In this document: piece by piece, positions 27,625 to 37,245 of the stretch
Position numbering within the stretch: position 1 is the stretch's first letter
Layout: the number at the start of each line of letters is the position of its first letter
Assembly (NCBI GenBank): GCA_963768035.1
Contig: CAVYGJ010000002.1
Coordinates: 593,079-657,078 of the forward strand
Direction: 5' to 3'
DNA from: an uncultured Chloroflexia bacterium
GTDB taxonomy: Bacteria; Chloroflexota; Limnocylindria; Limnocylindrales; CSP1-4
DNA: 64,000 bases
The notes under the pieces: generated by a model
The model's input: only the letters and a program-made list of their open reading frames with translations
The model's database searches: none
Told to the model about the DNA's origin: nothing
Made by a program: the position numbers and the translations under genes

Positions 27625-29241
27625 TCACTCAGGTCCCGTCGCCCCCCGCTTCACCCTGCCGCCGGCACCTGTGGGTGCGGCGTCACCGTCGACGGTCCCG
27701 TGGTATGCCCCGTAGTCACTGCCATAGCCGAACTGCCCCCGTTCCGGCACCCGGTTCAGGACCGCGCCCAGGACGTGGGCGCCGGCCTTCGACAGCGTCT
27801 CGCGGGCCCGGCGTACCACACGTCCTCGGCTTCGCTTGGCATCGATCACGAGCAGGGTCCCGTCGACCCAGGAGCTGATCACCGCCGCGTCCGTCACGGC
27901 CTGGAGCGGCGGGCTGTCGAAGATGATGAGGTCCGCGCGGTCGTGCAACCGCTCGAGCAGCGTCTGCATGCGCTGCGACCCGAGGAGCTCGGCTGGGTTC
28001 GGCGGTATGGGACCGGTGGTCATCACCCGCAGGTTGGCCTGTTCGGTGGTGTGCTCGACCGATTGGATGTTCGTCTTGTCGTCGCGCAGCAGCGTCGTGA
28101 GGCCGCGGGAGTTGGAGAGGTTGAACATCTCGTGGACGCCGGGCCGACGCAGATCGGCATCCACCAGCAGAACCTTGCGGCCGGCCTGAGCGAAGATCAC
28201 GGCGAGGTTTGCGGACGTCACGGTCTTGCCCTCGCCTGGCGCAGCGCTCGTGACGAGGAGCGTACGGAGTGGCGCGTCGACCGAGGCGAACTCCACGTTC
28301 GAGCGCAGTGTCCGGTACGCCTCGGCGGGGCCGGCCCGCGGATACAGGAGCGCCACCAGCTGGTAGAAACCCTTGCCCTGCGGCGCCTTGATCGCCGTGA
28401 TCGTGCCGAGCGTGCTCAAGCCCGTGATCGCCTCGACCGCCTCGGGGTCCTTGACGTTGTCGCTCGACTGCTCGCGGAGGAAGGCGATCCCGAACACCAG
28501 AAGCAGGCCGAGCGAGGCGCCGAGCAGCGTGTTCAGCAGCGTCCTCGGCAGGACGGGCACCGTCGGCGCATCCGCCGGCTCCACCACGGTCAGCAGGTTC
28601 GTCGCCGCCTGAGGCGCGAACGAGAGCAACGTCGCGTACGTGGATCGCAGGCTTGACAGCCGCCCCTCGAGCGCCTGGAGCCGCGCGTCCTCGGCTGGCG
28701 TTCGCACGGGCGTCGCCACCAGCTCGTCGGCGCGGGCCTGCGTCGCGTCGATCAGTGCCTGGGTGGCTGCGAGATCGTCCTCGATCGACTTCTGGAACGC
28801 GGCGTCACGGCCCTGGATGGCGGGCGTGGACGCGATCAGCTGAGCCGCGAGGGCGTTGGCGGTGTCGGCGGCGCGGGACGCGCTGGTGTCCTGCACGCCG
28901 ATGGACAGCAACGTGCTGTCGCGTGGCGCGTCGACGGAGACTCGCGCGTTGAGCTCACCCGCCGTCGTCTCGAGCCCCAGCTTCTCGATCACCGCGTCGA
29001 GGACCGGCCGGGTCTTGGCCACGACCGCGTAGGTGGACGAGAGGTTCTGGGCGACGAGGAACTGGGTGTAGTCCGGGTTCGCCGCGGCGAGGGCCTGGCC
29101 GACGATCAGGGTCGTCCGGGCCTCGAAGACCTTCTGCTGGGAGTTGGATGCCAGGAAGGCCGCGGCACCCGCGAGCACGCCCGCCAGCACCATGAGCGGC
29201 AGCCACGCTCGACCGAACGAGACCAGGCGACGGAGTTCCAC
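27625..29241 (-). CDS. Polysaccharide co-polymerase / tyrosine autokinase (Wzc/CpsCD-like fusion)
   Basis: 538 aa with an N-terminal Wzz-like domain carrying two TM segments, Walker A (PGEGKTVTSANLA), Walker A'/B (LLVDADLRRP, IIFDSPP) and a Tyr-rich tail (FGYGSDYGAYHG). Confidence 0.85.
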   Translation of the reverse strand: MELRRLVSFGRAWLPLMVLAGVLAGAAAFLASNSQQKVFEARTTLIVGQALAAANPDYTQFLVAQNLSSTYAVVAKTRPVLDAVIEKLGLETTAGELNARVSVDAPRDSTLLSIGVQDTSASRAADTANALAAQLIASTPAIQGRDAAFQKSIEDDLAATQALIDATQARADELVATPVRTPAEDARLQALEGRLSSLRSTYATLLSFAPQAATNLLTVVEPADAPTVPVLPRTLLNTLLGASLGLLLVFGIAFLREQSSDNVKDPEAVEAITGLSTLGTITAIKAPQGKGFYQLVALLYPRAGPAEAYRTLRSNVEFASVDAPLRTLLVTSAAPGEGKTVTSANLAVIFAQAGRKVLLVDADLRRPGVHEMFNLSNSRGLTTLLRDDKTNIQSVEHTTEQANLRVMTTGPIPPNPAELLGSQRMQTLLERLHDRADLIIFDSPPLQAVTDAAVISSWVDGTLLVIDAKRSRGRVVRRARETLSKAGAHVLGAVLNRVPERGQFGYGSDYGAYHGTVDGDAAPTGAGGRVKRGATGPE

Positions 29242-29523
29242 TGGGCGTCAGGCTCTCTCTGTCAGCTACGCATGGAGGCACGCCGACGGCATCGACGCCG
29301 GGCGGATCATCGGCCACGTACCCGCGAGCGTCAACTGCGGGCCGCCTGCGGTCGTGGGCTCGCAGGTGCGGGGCCGCACCGCCAACCTGTCTGGAGCGGA
29401 GCCGGCGGCTGCGGAGGCGACGGCGGTCGGGCAGACTTGCGTTGCGCCGGACGGAGCGATCCGGTCGAATGTCCAGCCCATCGTGCTCGGCGCGCGCCAG
29501 GCGCGCCCGGAGGTCGAGACGTC

Positions 29524-30706
29524 GTGACACACGCGGACAGCCCGTTGCCCTTCGCCCGGCCGTCGATCACGGATCGCGAGAAGAACGCCGTCCTCGAGGT
29601 CCTCGACTCCGGCTGGCTCACCACCGGTCCGCGCTCGAAGCTGTTCGAAGCGCGTTTCGCCGAGACCGTCGGGTCGGCGCATGCGATCGCGCTCAACTCG
29701 GCAACGGCGGCGCTGCACCTCGCGCTCGAGGCGATCGGGGTCGGCCCGGACGACGAGGTCATCGTCCCGACCTGGACGTTCGCGGCAAGCGCGGAGGTCG
29801 TGATCTACCTGGGGGCCCGCCCCGTTCTCGTGGACGTCGATCCGCTGACCCTCAACGCGACGCCCGAGGCGATCCTCGCGGCGGTCACGCCGCGTACGCG
29901 GGCTGTCGTCGTCGTCCATGTCGCTGGCCTGCCGGGCGAGGTGGAACGGCTCGTGGGCCTCCTCGACCCGCTCGGGATCGCGGTCGTCGAGGACGCGGCC
30001 CACGCCTTTCCGAGCCGCATCGCCCCGGCCGGGCGGTTCGCTGGCACGGTCGGCAGGGCCGGTGCCTACTCCTTCTATGCCACGAAGACGATCACGACCG
30101 GCGAGGGCGGGATGCTCGTCACCGACGACGACGCGATCGCAGAGCGGGTCCGCATGATGTCCCTGCATGGCATCAGCAGCGCGGCGTGGAACCGATATAC
30201 CGCGGCCGGCTCCTGGTACTACGAGATCGAGGACGCAGGCTACAAGTACAACATGACGGACATCGCAGCCGCGCTCGGGCTGGTCCAGCTGGAGCGCGCG
30301 ACGGAGTTGCTGGATGCCCGGCGATCGCTGGCCGCGACGCTACCGCTCGCGGCTGGCGGCCTCCTCGGTGGCGGACCTGCTTGAGCTGCCGCCCGACGCG
30401 ACAGACGAGTCGCACGCCTGGCATCTGTACATCGTCCGCCTCGAGCTGGACCGGCTGACCATCGACCGGGCGCAGGCGATCGACGCGCTCAAGGCGCTTG
30501 GGATCGGGACGAGCGTGCACTTCATCCCACTCCACCTGCACCCCTACTACCGCAACACGTGGGGATACACGTCGGAGCCGTTCCCGGTCGCGACCCGCGA
30601 GTTCGGGCGCGTGATCTCGTTGCCCATCTGGCCGGGCATGCTGACGGCCGACGTCGACCGCGTCGCCGACGCCCTCGAACGGACGCTGGGGCCCGCGCGA
30701 CGCTAG
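29524..30706 (+). pseudogene. DegT/PglE-like sugar aminotransferase, one apparent frameshift
   Basis: FARPSITDREKNAVLEVLDSGWLTTG...SFYATKTITTGEGGMLV... lies in frame 1 up to ~30336. The conserved C-terminus (ELPPDATDESHAWHLYIVRL...GIGTSVHFIPLHLHPYY...ISLPIWPGM) lies in frame 2. Confidence 0.8.
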
Positions 30707-30712
30707 CCCTGT

Positions 30713-31300
30713 TCAGCTGAAGACGGTGCGGACGGTCTGCAGGATGATCCTGATGTCGAGCCGCAGCGACTGCCGGTCCAGGTAGTTCGCGTCGATGCGG
30801 AGCTTCTCGGGCTGGATCACCGTGCGGTAGCGATCCTCGACATCGTGACCGGCCAGCTGCGACGCCTCGTCGTGGAACGTGAGCTGTGCGAGACCGGTGA
30901 TCCCGGGCCGCGCCGAGAAGACCCGTCGATGCAGCGGGTCGGACGCGTCCACAAAGCGCGGGTCTTCGGGGCGGGGCCCGACGAGTGACATCTCCCCGCG
31001 CAGGACGTTGATCAGCTGGGGCAGCTCGTCGATCCGATACCGGCGGAGGATGCGACCGAGGCGAGTGATCCGGACGTCCCCGGCGACCGTGAGGGCGTGC
31101 CCAGGCGCGCCCGCGGTCATCGTGCGGATCTTGAGGACGCGGATCGGGCGCATGCCCTCGCCCATGCGAGTCGCCGGATACAGGAATGGTCCGCTGTCGC
31201 CAGTGAGTCGCATCGCGGTCGCGGTCGCGACGAGGATCGGTGCCGCGACCACGAGGGCGAGTGAGCCGAGGGCAAGGTCCATGCTCCGCTTTGCATTCAC
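30713..31300 (-). CDS. Small polyprenyl-phosphate sugar phosphotransferase (PglC/WbaP C-terminal-domain family), initiating transferase
   Basis: 195 aa with one N-terminal TM segment and the motifs IRVLKIRTM, DELPQLINVLRGEMSLVGPRP. Confidence 0.85.
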   Translation of the reverse strand: MNAKRSMDLALGSLALVVAAPILVATATAMRLTGDSGPFLYPATRMGEGMRPIRVLKIRTMTAGAPGHALTVAGDVRITRLGRILRRYRIDELPQLINVLRGEMSLVGPRPEDPRFVDASDPLHRRVFSARPGITGLAQLTFHDEASQLAGHDVEDRYRTVIQPEKLRIDANYLDRQSLRLDIRIILQTVRTVFS

Positions 31301-31523
31301 CTGACCGGGCTCCGCCTAGCGCTGACCGCGACGACACGGTGACGATACCGGGCGCGCCTGACCCGCTGGCAGGCGGTCGTTGCGAGCGTGCACCGCTAAG
31401 GGACCCCGGCAGCACTTAATGACGCCTTCAGTACTATGCACGTCCCGGCAATTGACCTACCGTTCCGTGTCCGGACCGTTCGGGTCAGTCGCGGGATGTC
31501 GTTCGGAACGTCGTGCTTGCGGT

Positions 31524-33659
31524 ATGAACCCGACTCGCGGCCGGAAAGTGACGTTGCGGCCTGCCCGGTGGCGGGCCATTCGGGAGCACCGCACACTCGA
31601 GGTTGAATTGTCTGTCCGCCGCTACACCCGGCTGTCGCCACCGATCTGGCGCAGTCTGGGCAGGGCGAAAGTCGAACCGGACGCCGAGTCCGGCCGATCG
31701 ACGCCGAATTCCGCATTCCGCATCGCCGTCAACGTTCGAGGCCGGTACCTGCTTGCCGTCGATCTGCTCGGGATCGTCGTGGGTGCCTACCTGGCGTTCG
31801 CGTTCCGGTTCGATCGGATCAGCGCGCCGTTCCTGAATCCCGCGTTCCCGCTGATCGTCGTGCTCCTGCTCGCCGTGCGCACGGCGACCAACGTCCGCCT
31901 CGGCATGTACAGCCGGCGGTGGCGGTACGCAAGCGTCCCCGAGCTCCAGCGGATCGTCGGCACGGTGGCGATCGGGTCGATCGTCAGCATGGTGATCTTC
32001 TACGGCGCCAGCAACGTCGGCTCTGGCACCTGGGCCGATGGGTTCCCGCGTTCATTCTGGCCGATGGAGCTGTTGATCAGCATCGCGATCCTTGGCGGCG
32101 TCCGCTTCGGCATCCGCGCAGCATCCGACGGCGCGTCGCTGCGGACGGCGCCGGGCTACGGCGTCAACCGGACGCCCACACTCCTCTACGGCGCTGGCAG
32201 CGCCGGCGTGCTCCTCGCGCGGTCCGCCGAGCGGCACCCGGACTCCGGTGTAGATCCGGTGGGGTTCCTCGATGACGACCAGTCGCTCGCCGGCGGCATC
32301 GTCGCCGGCCTGCGGGTCTTCGGTGGCTTGGACTCGCTGGAGTGGGCCGTTTCCCAGACTGGCGCCAAGTCCTTGCTCATCACGATGCGCAGGGCCCCTG
32401 GCAGCCACGTGCGGAAGGTGGTCGAGGCTGCGCTCGCGCTGCATCTCGATGTCCGGACGGTGCCGGCGATCTCCGACCTGCTCGACGGGAGCGTGGACGC
32501 ATATCGCGTCAGGCGTGTCCGAGTGGAGGATCTGCTCCAGCGCCCGATCGTCACTGAGCATGCTGAGGGCGTCGAGGACATGATCCGCGGCAGCACCGTC
32601 CTCATTACTGGGGCCGGGGGATCGATCGGGTCCGAGCTCGCACGACAGGTGTTCGCGATAGGTCCCGAGCGTCTCATCCTCCTCGACCGGGCCGAGTCGC
32701 CGCTCTACCTCATCCAGCGCGAACTGGAGACGCGACGGGCGCATGGCAACGGGAGCGGCGAGGTCCGGGTGCACTTGGCGAACGTCGCAAGCCGCGGGCC
32801 GATGGTGCGCCTGATCGCCACCGAGAAGCCCGACATCATCTTCCATGCCGCCGCCTACAAGCACGTGCCGATGATGGAGGAGCATCCGTCGGACGCCGCA
32901 TACGTCAACATGGGCGGGACGCTCGTGTTGCTCGAGGCGGCCGCCGACGCGGGCGTGGCCCGGTTCGTGTTCGTCTCCTCGGACAAGGCCGTGCGGCCGT
33001 CGAGCGTGATGGGCGCGACCAAGCGGGTAGGGGAGATGCTCGTGGCCGACGCCGCGCGCCGGACAGGCCGCCCATACGTCTCGGTCAGGTTCGGCAACGT
33101 GCTCGGATCGACCGGCAGTGTCGTGCCGATCTTCCAGGAGCAGCTCGAGAACGGCGAGCCGCTGACCGTCACCCATCCCGACATGACCCGGTATTTCATG
33201 ACGATCCCGGAGGCGGCGTGGCTGATCCTCGACGCGGCCGCCCTGGGGCACACCGGCGACCTGTTCATGCTCGACATGGGTGAGCGGGTGCGGATCATGG
33301 ACCTCGCCCGGGACCTCGTCCGCCTCGCGGGCCGTGACCCGGACAGTCAGGCCATCGAGACCATCGGGCTGCGCCCGGGCGAGAAGCTCCACGAAGAGTT
33401 GTTCTACGCCATGGAGCAGGTGGAGCCGACGCTGAGCGCCAAGGTGCTCCGGGCCATCTCCCCGCTACCCCCGCAAGGTATCCGCGAGGACGTTGAGGGG
33501 ATGCTTCTGCTCGCCAAGGGCGACAATGACGATCAGCTGCGCGAAGCGCTACTGCGATACGTGAGCGAGCACGGCAACGCGCCGAGCCAGCCGACGCCGG
33601 TCGTCCTCCAGGCGCCGGTCGCGCGCTCCAAGGAAACGTCCTTGGAGGCGGTCCTGTAG
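31524..33659 (+). CDS. CapD/PglF-like membrane-anchored nucleotide-sugar 4,6-dehydratase
   Basis: Four N-terminal TM segments, then two Rossmann regions (LLYGAGSAGV; VLITGAGGSIGSEL) and FVFVSSDKAV...YFMTIPEA. The start codon is uncertain; ATG 31524 was chosen. Confidence 0.8.
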   Translation: MNPTRGRKVTLRPARWRAIREHRTLEVELSVRRYTRLSPPIWRSLGRAKVEPDAESGRSTPNSAFRIAVNVRGRYLLAVDLLGIVVGAYLAFAFRFDRISAPFLNPAFPLIVVLLLAVRTATNVRLGMYSRRWRYASVPELQRIVGTVAIGSIVSMVIFYGASNVGSGTWADGFPRSFWPMELLISIAILGGVRFGIRAASDGASLRTAPGYGVNRTPTLLYGAGSAGVLLARSAERHPDSGVDPVGFLDDDQSLAGGIVAGLRVFGGLDSLEWAVSQTGAKSLLITMRRAPGSHVRKVVEAALALHLDVRTVPAISDLLDGSVDAYRVRRVRVEDLLQRPIVTEHAEGVEDMIRGSTVLITGAGGSIGSELARQVFAIGPERLILLDRAESPLYLIQRELETRRAHGNGSGEVRVHLANVASRGPMVRLIATEKPDIIFHAAAYKHVPMMEEHPSDAAYVNMGGTLVLLEAAADAGVARFVFVSSDKAVRPSSVMGATKRVGEMLVADAARRTGRPYVSVRFGNVLGSTGSVVPIFQEQLENGEPLTVTHPDMTRYFMTIPEAAWLILDAAALGHTGDLFMLDMGERVRIMDLARDLVRLAGRDPDSQAIETIGLRPGEKLHEELFYAMEQVEPTLSAKVLRAISPLPPQGIREDVEGMLLLAKGDNDDQLREALLRYVSEHGNAPSQPTPVVLQAPVARSKETSLEAVL

Positions 33660-33686
33660 GGTCACGCGGCGCTCCTGCGCGCGCCG

Positions 33687-34232
33687 ATGCTGACTGACCT
33701 CGGCGACGGCGCCGTCGACCTTGCCGACTACGCGGGCTTCGTTCCCGGGCTGGCGGTCTCCGTCGTGCTGGCGTTCCTGCTGTGCGGATGGCTCTCCCGG
33801 CAGCTGGCGGTCGGACGTGCGACGGCGTGGTCGCTCATCGTCAGCGTCGGCATGGTCCTGGCTGCAACCATCACGCCGAGCCGCGACGCGATCGCCTCCG
33901 GGGCGGTCGGGACAGGACGTTGCGACCTGTCCGGCCTGGGTGCGTTCTCGCCTCTGGGCTACCTCGGCTTCAACGACCTGTCGCTCAACGTGTTGCTGTT
34001 CATCCCGCTGGGCGTGGTGGTCGCGCTCCTCCCTCGATCTCGCTACCGGCTCGCCGTCGTCGCCGCGGCCATCGCCCTGCCGTTCGCGGTCGAGGGCATC
34101 CAGCTCCTCGCGGTGTCGCTCGGCCGAGGATGCCAGGCGTCCGACATCCGCAACAACCTGACCGGTCTGCTCGTGGGCGCGGCACTCGGCCTCGCGTGGC
34201 TCGCATTGCGGCACCGTCGCTCGTCGGTCTGA
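33687..34232 (+). CDS. VanZ-like family membrane protein
   Basis: 181 aa with four TM segments and VanZ-type motifs (NVLLFIPLG; EGIQL...DIRNNLTG). Confidence 0.7.
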   Translation: MLTDLGDGAVDLADYAGFVPGLAVSVVLAFLLCGWLSRQLAVGRATAWSLIVSVGMVLAATITPSRDAIASGAVGTGRCDLSGLGAFSPLGYLGFNDLSLNVLLFIPLGVVVALLPRSRYRLAVVAAAIALPFAVEGIQLLAVSLGRGCQASDIRNNLTGLLVGAALGLAWLALRHRRSSV

Positions 34233-34454
34233 CCTCGCCCCGGGTGCCCGCGTCCCGAGGCCCCGCGTTCGGTGACAGGGCGCACCGGGAACTGCCGAGG
34301 GTAAGGGTCGCTTGTCCATCGCGGTAGTGGTCTGGGGTCGTCTAGGGGGCTTCCGGCAGTACGACTTGCCCAATGCGCCTGCGCCGCTCGCGCCGCTACG
34401 GTGCCAGTGGGTCGGAACGTGACCCGGCTGGACCGCACGACCCTTGGCCCGGCC

Positions 34455-34540
34455 TCCACGAAAAGGCACACCCGTCGCGAGGCGGGGCCGCAAAGCCACG
34501 GGACTCCCTGAGTCAGCCGGGTTGCCGAATGAAGGTGTTC
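34455..34540 (+). promoter_or_regulatory. Candidate c-di-GMP-I (GEMM-I) riboswitch in the 5' leader of the 34545 gene
   Basis: AAAAGGCACACC (34461-72). Hairpin CCCGUC/GGCGGG (34471-76/34481-86) capped by GNRA loop GCGA. GCCGCAAAGCCACGGG (34487-502). CAGCCGGGUUGCCGA (34514-28). These match my recollection of the conserved GEMM-I blocks (GGCAAACC; ACGCAAAGCC-CGGG; CAGCCGGGUUGCCGA). A GAAGG Shine-Dalgarno (34531-35) abuts the 3' end. Confidence 0.7.
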
Positions 34541-34544
34541 GACC

Positions 34545-36350
34545 ATGTTTTGGGATGGAGAGCGCTGGCTCCCGTCGGATGACGGCAGCCGGCAACCGAC
34601 GACGCCACCGCTGCCGCGTTCACGTCTCCGCGATTGGCTCTCGACCGCCGTGATGGGTCTCATGCTGGTCGCGCTCGTCGTGCCGGTGGTCAGCACCTCG
34701 GCGTCGACGACCTCAGGCCGCCGGCTCCTGTCCGCGTGGTCCGCCGACTCGCAGGTCAAGGTCTATCAGGAGACGAGCGCCGCGATCTCGTATCGCGGGA
34801 GCTGGCTGACCATGGCCTATCCCACCTACCTCGGCGGGCAGGCGCGAGCCTCCGACAGCGCGAACGACCGCGCGACCCTGAAGTTCAAGGGCGCCGCTGT
34901 CTCCTGGATTGGCCCGGTCGGCCCGACTCGCGGCAAAGCCCGCGTCTACATCGACGGCACCCTCGTCGCGACCGTGAACACATGGAACGCGTCGTTCATG
35001 CCCACCCGCGTGCTGTTCAAGAAGTCTTGGTCGACCGTGGGCACCCATCGCATCGGCGTGTCCAACCTGGGCACGAAGGGACACTCGACCGTCGCACTCG
35101 ACGCCCTCATCGTGCGGCTCGACACCGGCGATCAGGCCCCGCCCCCCGACGATGGCGGTGCTCCGATCGGCACGCTGCCGCCTGATCCGACGGAGGCACC
35201 GGTCGCGCCCGATCCCACGGCCCCGCCGGTCGATCCGACGCCCGATCCCACGGCGCCGCCGGTCGATCCGACGCCCGCGCCGACCGCCGCCCCGACGGCG
35301 ACGCCCGCCCCCACCGCGGCCCCGACGGCCACGCCTGCCCCAACCGCGGCCCCGACAGCGACGCCCGCACCGACGGCGACACCCGCCCCCACTGCGGCAC
35401 CGACGGCAACCCCGGCACCGACGGCAACCCCGACTCCCAGGCCGACCGCGACACCGGCGCCCACGGTCGCCCCGACGCCCGCCCCGACCCCGACTCCCAG
35501 GCCGACCGCGACGCCGACGCCGACGCCGACGCCGCCAAGCGCGTCCAGCGTGCGGGTCAACACCATTCCGGCGCTGCTCACGGCGCTCGCGGACAACACC
35601 GTCACTGACGTCGTCGTCGCGAACGGGACCTACCACGTGAGCACTGCAGGAAGCCTGCGGACCGACTCGCTGTGGATCGGCTCACGGTTCGCCGGCCGCA
35701 CGCAGCCCGTGACGGTACGAGCCGAGACCCGTGGCGGCGTCACGTTCGACGGCGGCGGAACGACCTCCTTCGGTGCGCTGTCGTTCGTCGAGGGCGCCCA
35801 CGACCAGACCTGGGACGGGTTCAACTTCGCACATGGTCAGGCGACTGACACGGGCGTCATCGTCTTCGGTGGCTACGCCGGCAGGGCCGCACCGCACCAC
35901 ATCACCCTGCGCAACATCAAGGTGCTATCGACCAGCACCGGCCGCGGTGGCGTGAACGACCACGCGATCTACTTCTCCTACGCCGTGGGTGGACCGCACG
36001 ACATTCTCCTCGAGGACGTCAACGTGGACGGGTCCGGCGGCCTCGCCACGGCGCTCCACTTCTACCACTCCGACAGCGCCAACCGGAACGCCTGGAACGT
36101 GACAGTGCGCCGTCTCGTAGCCGACCGTACGCAGCAGGCGATCATGCTCTGGGACTCGTCACTGAGGAACATCACGATCGACGGCGCATCGATCACCAAC
36201 TCGCGCGACATGGCAGTGAGCTACCAGTACGCGGCCTCCGGCATCGTGATCTCCAACACGACGTCGACGGGCTCCGGCCAAATTGGCTTCTACAGCCCGA
36301 TGGGCGCCAACCCACCCGGCATGACATTCGTCAACGCCAGCCTCAAGTAA
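34545..36350 (+). CDS. Secreted or anchored protein: N-terminal TM, beta-sandwich carbohydrate-binding-like domain, Pro/Thr/Ala linker, C-terminal right-handed parallel beta-helix (pectate-lyase-fold) domain
   Basis: 601-aa ORF. The hydrophobic segment is [15 protein letters not shown]. The region YRGSW...[17 protein letters not shown]...ARVYIDG...GTHRIGV resembles CBM-type modules. About 110 aa form a PT-rich linker. The C-terminal 260 aa have beta-helix-like periodicity (VVANGTYHV..., [26 protein letters not shown]). Confidence 0.75.
   Translation: MFWDGERWLPSDDGSRQPTTPPLPRSRLRDWLSTAVMGLMLVALVVPVVSTSASTTSGRRLLSAWSADSQVKVYQETSAAISYRGSWLTMAYPTYLGGQARASDSANDRATLKFKGAAVSWIGPVGPTRGKARVYIDGTLVATVNTWNASFMPTRVLFKKSWSTVGTHRIGVSNLGTKGHSTVALDALIVRLDTGDQAPPPDDGGAPIGTLPPDPTEAPVAPDPTAPPVDPTPDPTAPPVDPTPAPTAAPTATPAPTAAPTATPAPTAAPTATPAPTATPAPTAAPTATPAPTATPTPRPTATPAPTVAPTPAPTPTPRPTATPTPTPTPPSASSVRVNTIPALLTALADNTVTDVVVANGTYHVSTAGSLRTDSLWIGSRFAGRTQPVTVRAETRGGVTFDGGGTTSFGALSFVEGAHDQTWDGFNFAHGQATDTGVIVFGGYAGRAAPHHITLRNIKVLSTSTGRGGVNDHAIYFSYAVGGPHDILLEDVNVDGSGGLATALHFYHSDSANRNAWNVTVRRLVADRTQQAIMLWDSSLRNITIDGASITNSRDMAVSYQYAASGIVISNTTSTGSGQIGFYSPMGANPPGMTFVNASLK
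35211..35540 (+). repeat. In-frame tandem repeats encoding the Pro/Thr/Ala linker
   Basis: 33-nt unit x2 (35211-35243, 35244-35276; [11 protein letters not shown]). About four 30-nt units follow ([10 protein letters not shown]). CCGACTCCCAGGCCGACCGCGAC occurs twice (near 35430 and 35490). Confidence 0.85.
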
Positions 36351-36360
36351 CAGACGGCGG

Positions 36361-37245
36361 TCAGCGACGCCCGTCACTCCGCAACAGATCGGGCAGCTCA
36401 CGGGCAAGGCGCCGCCACTGGTAGGCGGAGGCCCTCGCGAGCAGCACGAACAGGCGCACCTTCTTCCCGGCCGGGATCGGCGCTCGAGCGACGATCCCGG
36501 CCCTGTCCATGCTCAGCCGCCATAGCGGGGCGCGCGCGCCGGGTCGCGTGCCGCTGAGATGCTGCCGGAGCCAGCGTGCGTTCCCGGAGTTGCCCTTGGT
36601 GGAGCCGCCGTGCACCCGCCGGACATAAAGCCGTTCGGGCACTTCAACGAACGTGCCCTGGATCGCGAGCTCGGCCATGAACCGGAAGTCGCCGCCCGGG
36701 TACGGCGGCATCAGCCGGGTCCGGCGGAGTGCGTCGGTGCGGATCACGCCGAGGCTGGCATTCACGAAGTGATCCGCGGCGATTGCGAATTGCAGCCGCT
36801 CGTACACGTCCGCCGAGGAAACGTTCCAGCCCGCATCCTCGAGATCGAGCGGAACGCCGTCCCCGTCGACGAAATCCGTCCGAGGGTACGCGAGGACGAC
36901 CGCCGGGTCGGCGTCGACGGCGGCCACGCAGGTCTCGAGGTAGCCGGGCCGGAGCACGTCGTCGGCCGTCGCCCACTTGAACAGCCGGCCGCGGGCCAGA
37001 GGCACGAGCAGGTTGAGGTTGCCGCTGAGGCCCACGTTCTCCACGTTCCGCCGGTACGTCACCCGCGGGTCCGCCGCGGCGAGCGCCCGGCCGATCTCGC
37101 CTGTGGCGTCGGTGCTCGCGTTGTCCGAGATGATCAGCTCGAAGTCGCGGAACGACTGGGCGAGGACCGACGAGACGGCAGCCTCAAGATAGAGCGCACC
37201 GTTGAACACGGGAACTCCGACCGTCAGCGTCGGGGCCGCTTCCAT
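36361..37245 (-). CDS. Glycosyltransferase family 2
   Basis: Starts MEAAPTLTVGVPVFNGALYLEAAVSSVLAQSFRDFELIISDNASTD (GT-A N-terminus and DxD). The upstream part of track ORF 36361..37575 was judged non-coding. Confidence 0.8.
   Translation of the reverse strand: MEAAPTLTVGVPVFNGALYLEAAVSSVLAQSFRDFELIISDNASTDATGEIGRALAAADPRVTYRRNVENVGLSGNLNLLVPLARGRLFKWATADDVLRPGYLETCVAAVDADPAVVLAYPRTDFVDGDGVPLDLEDAGWNVSSADVYERLQFAIAADHFVNASLGVIRTDALRRTRLMPPYPGGDFRFMAELAIQGTFVEVPERLYVRRVHGGSTKGNSGNARWLRQHLSGTRPGARAPLWRLSMDRAGIVARAPIPAGKKVRLFVLLARASAYQWRRLARELPDLLRSDGRR

Noticed and set aside
35211-35540. Regularly spaced short repeats that could be mistaken for a CRISPR array or a VNTR.
   Set aside because: The units are contiguous with no unique spacers. 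They are in frame and encode a Pro/Thr/Ala linker inside a long ORF. There is no cas gene or leader.
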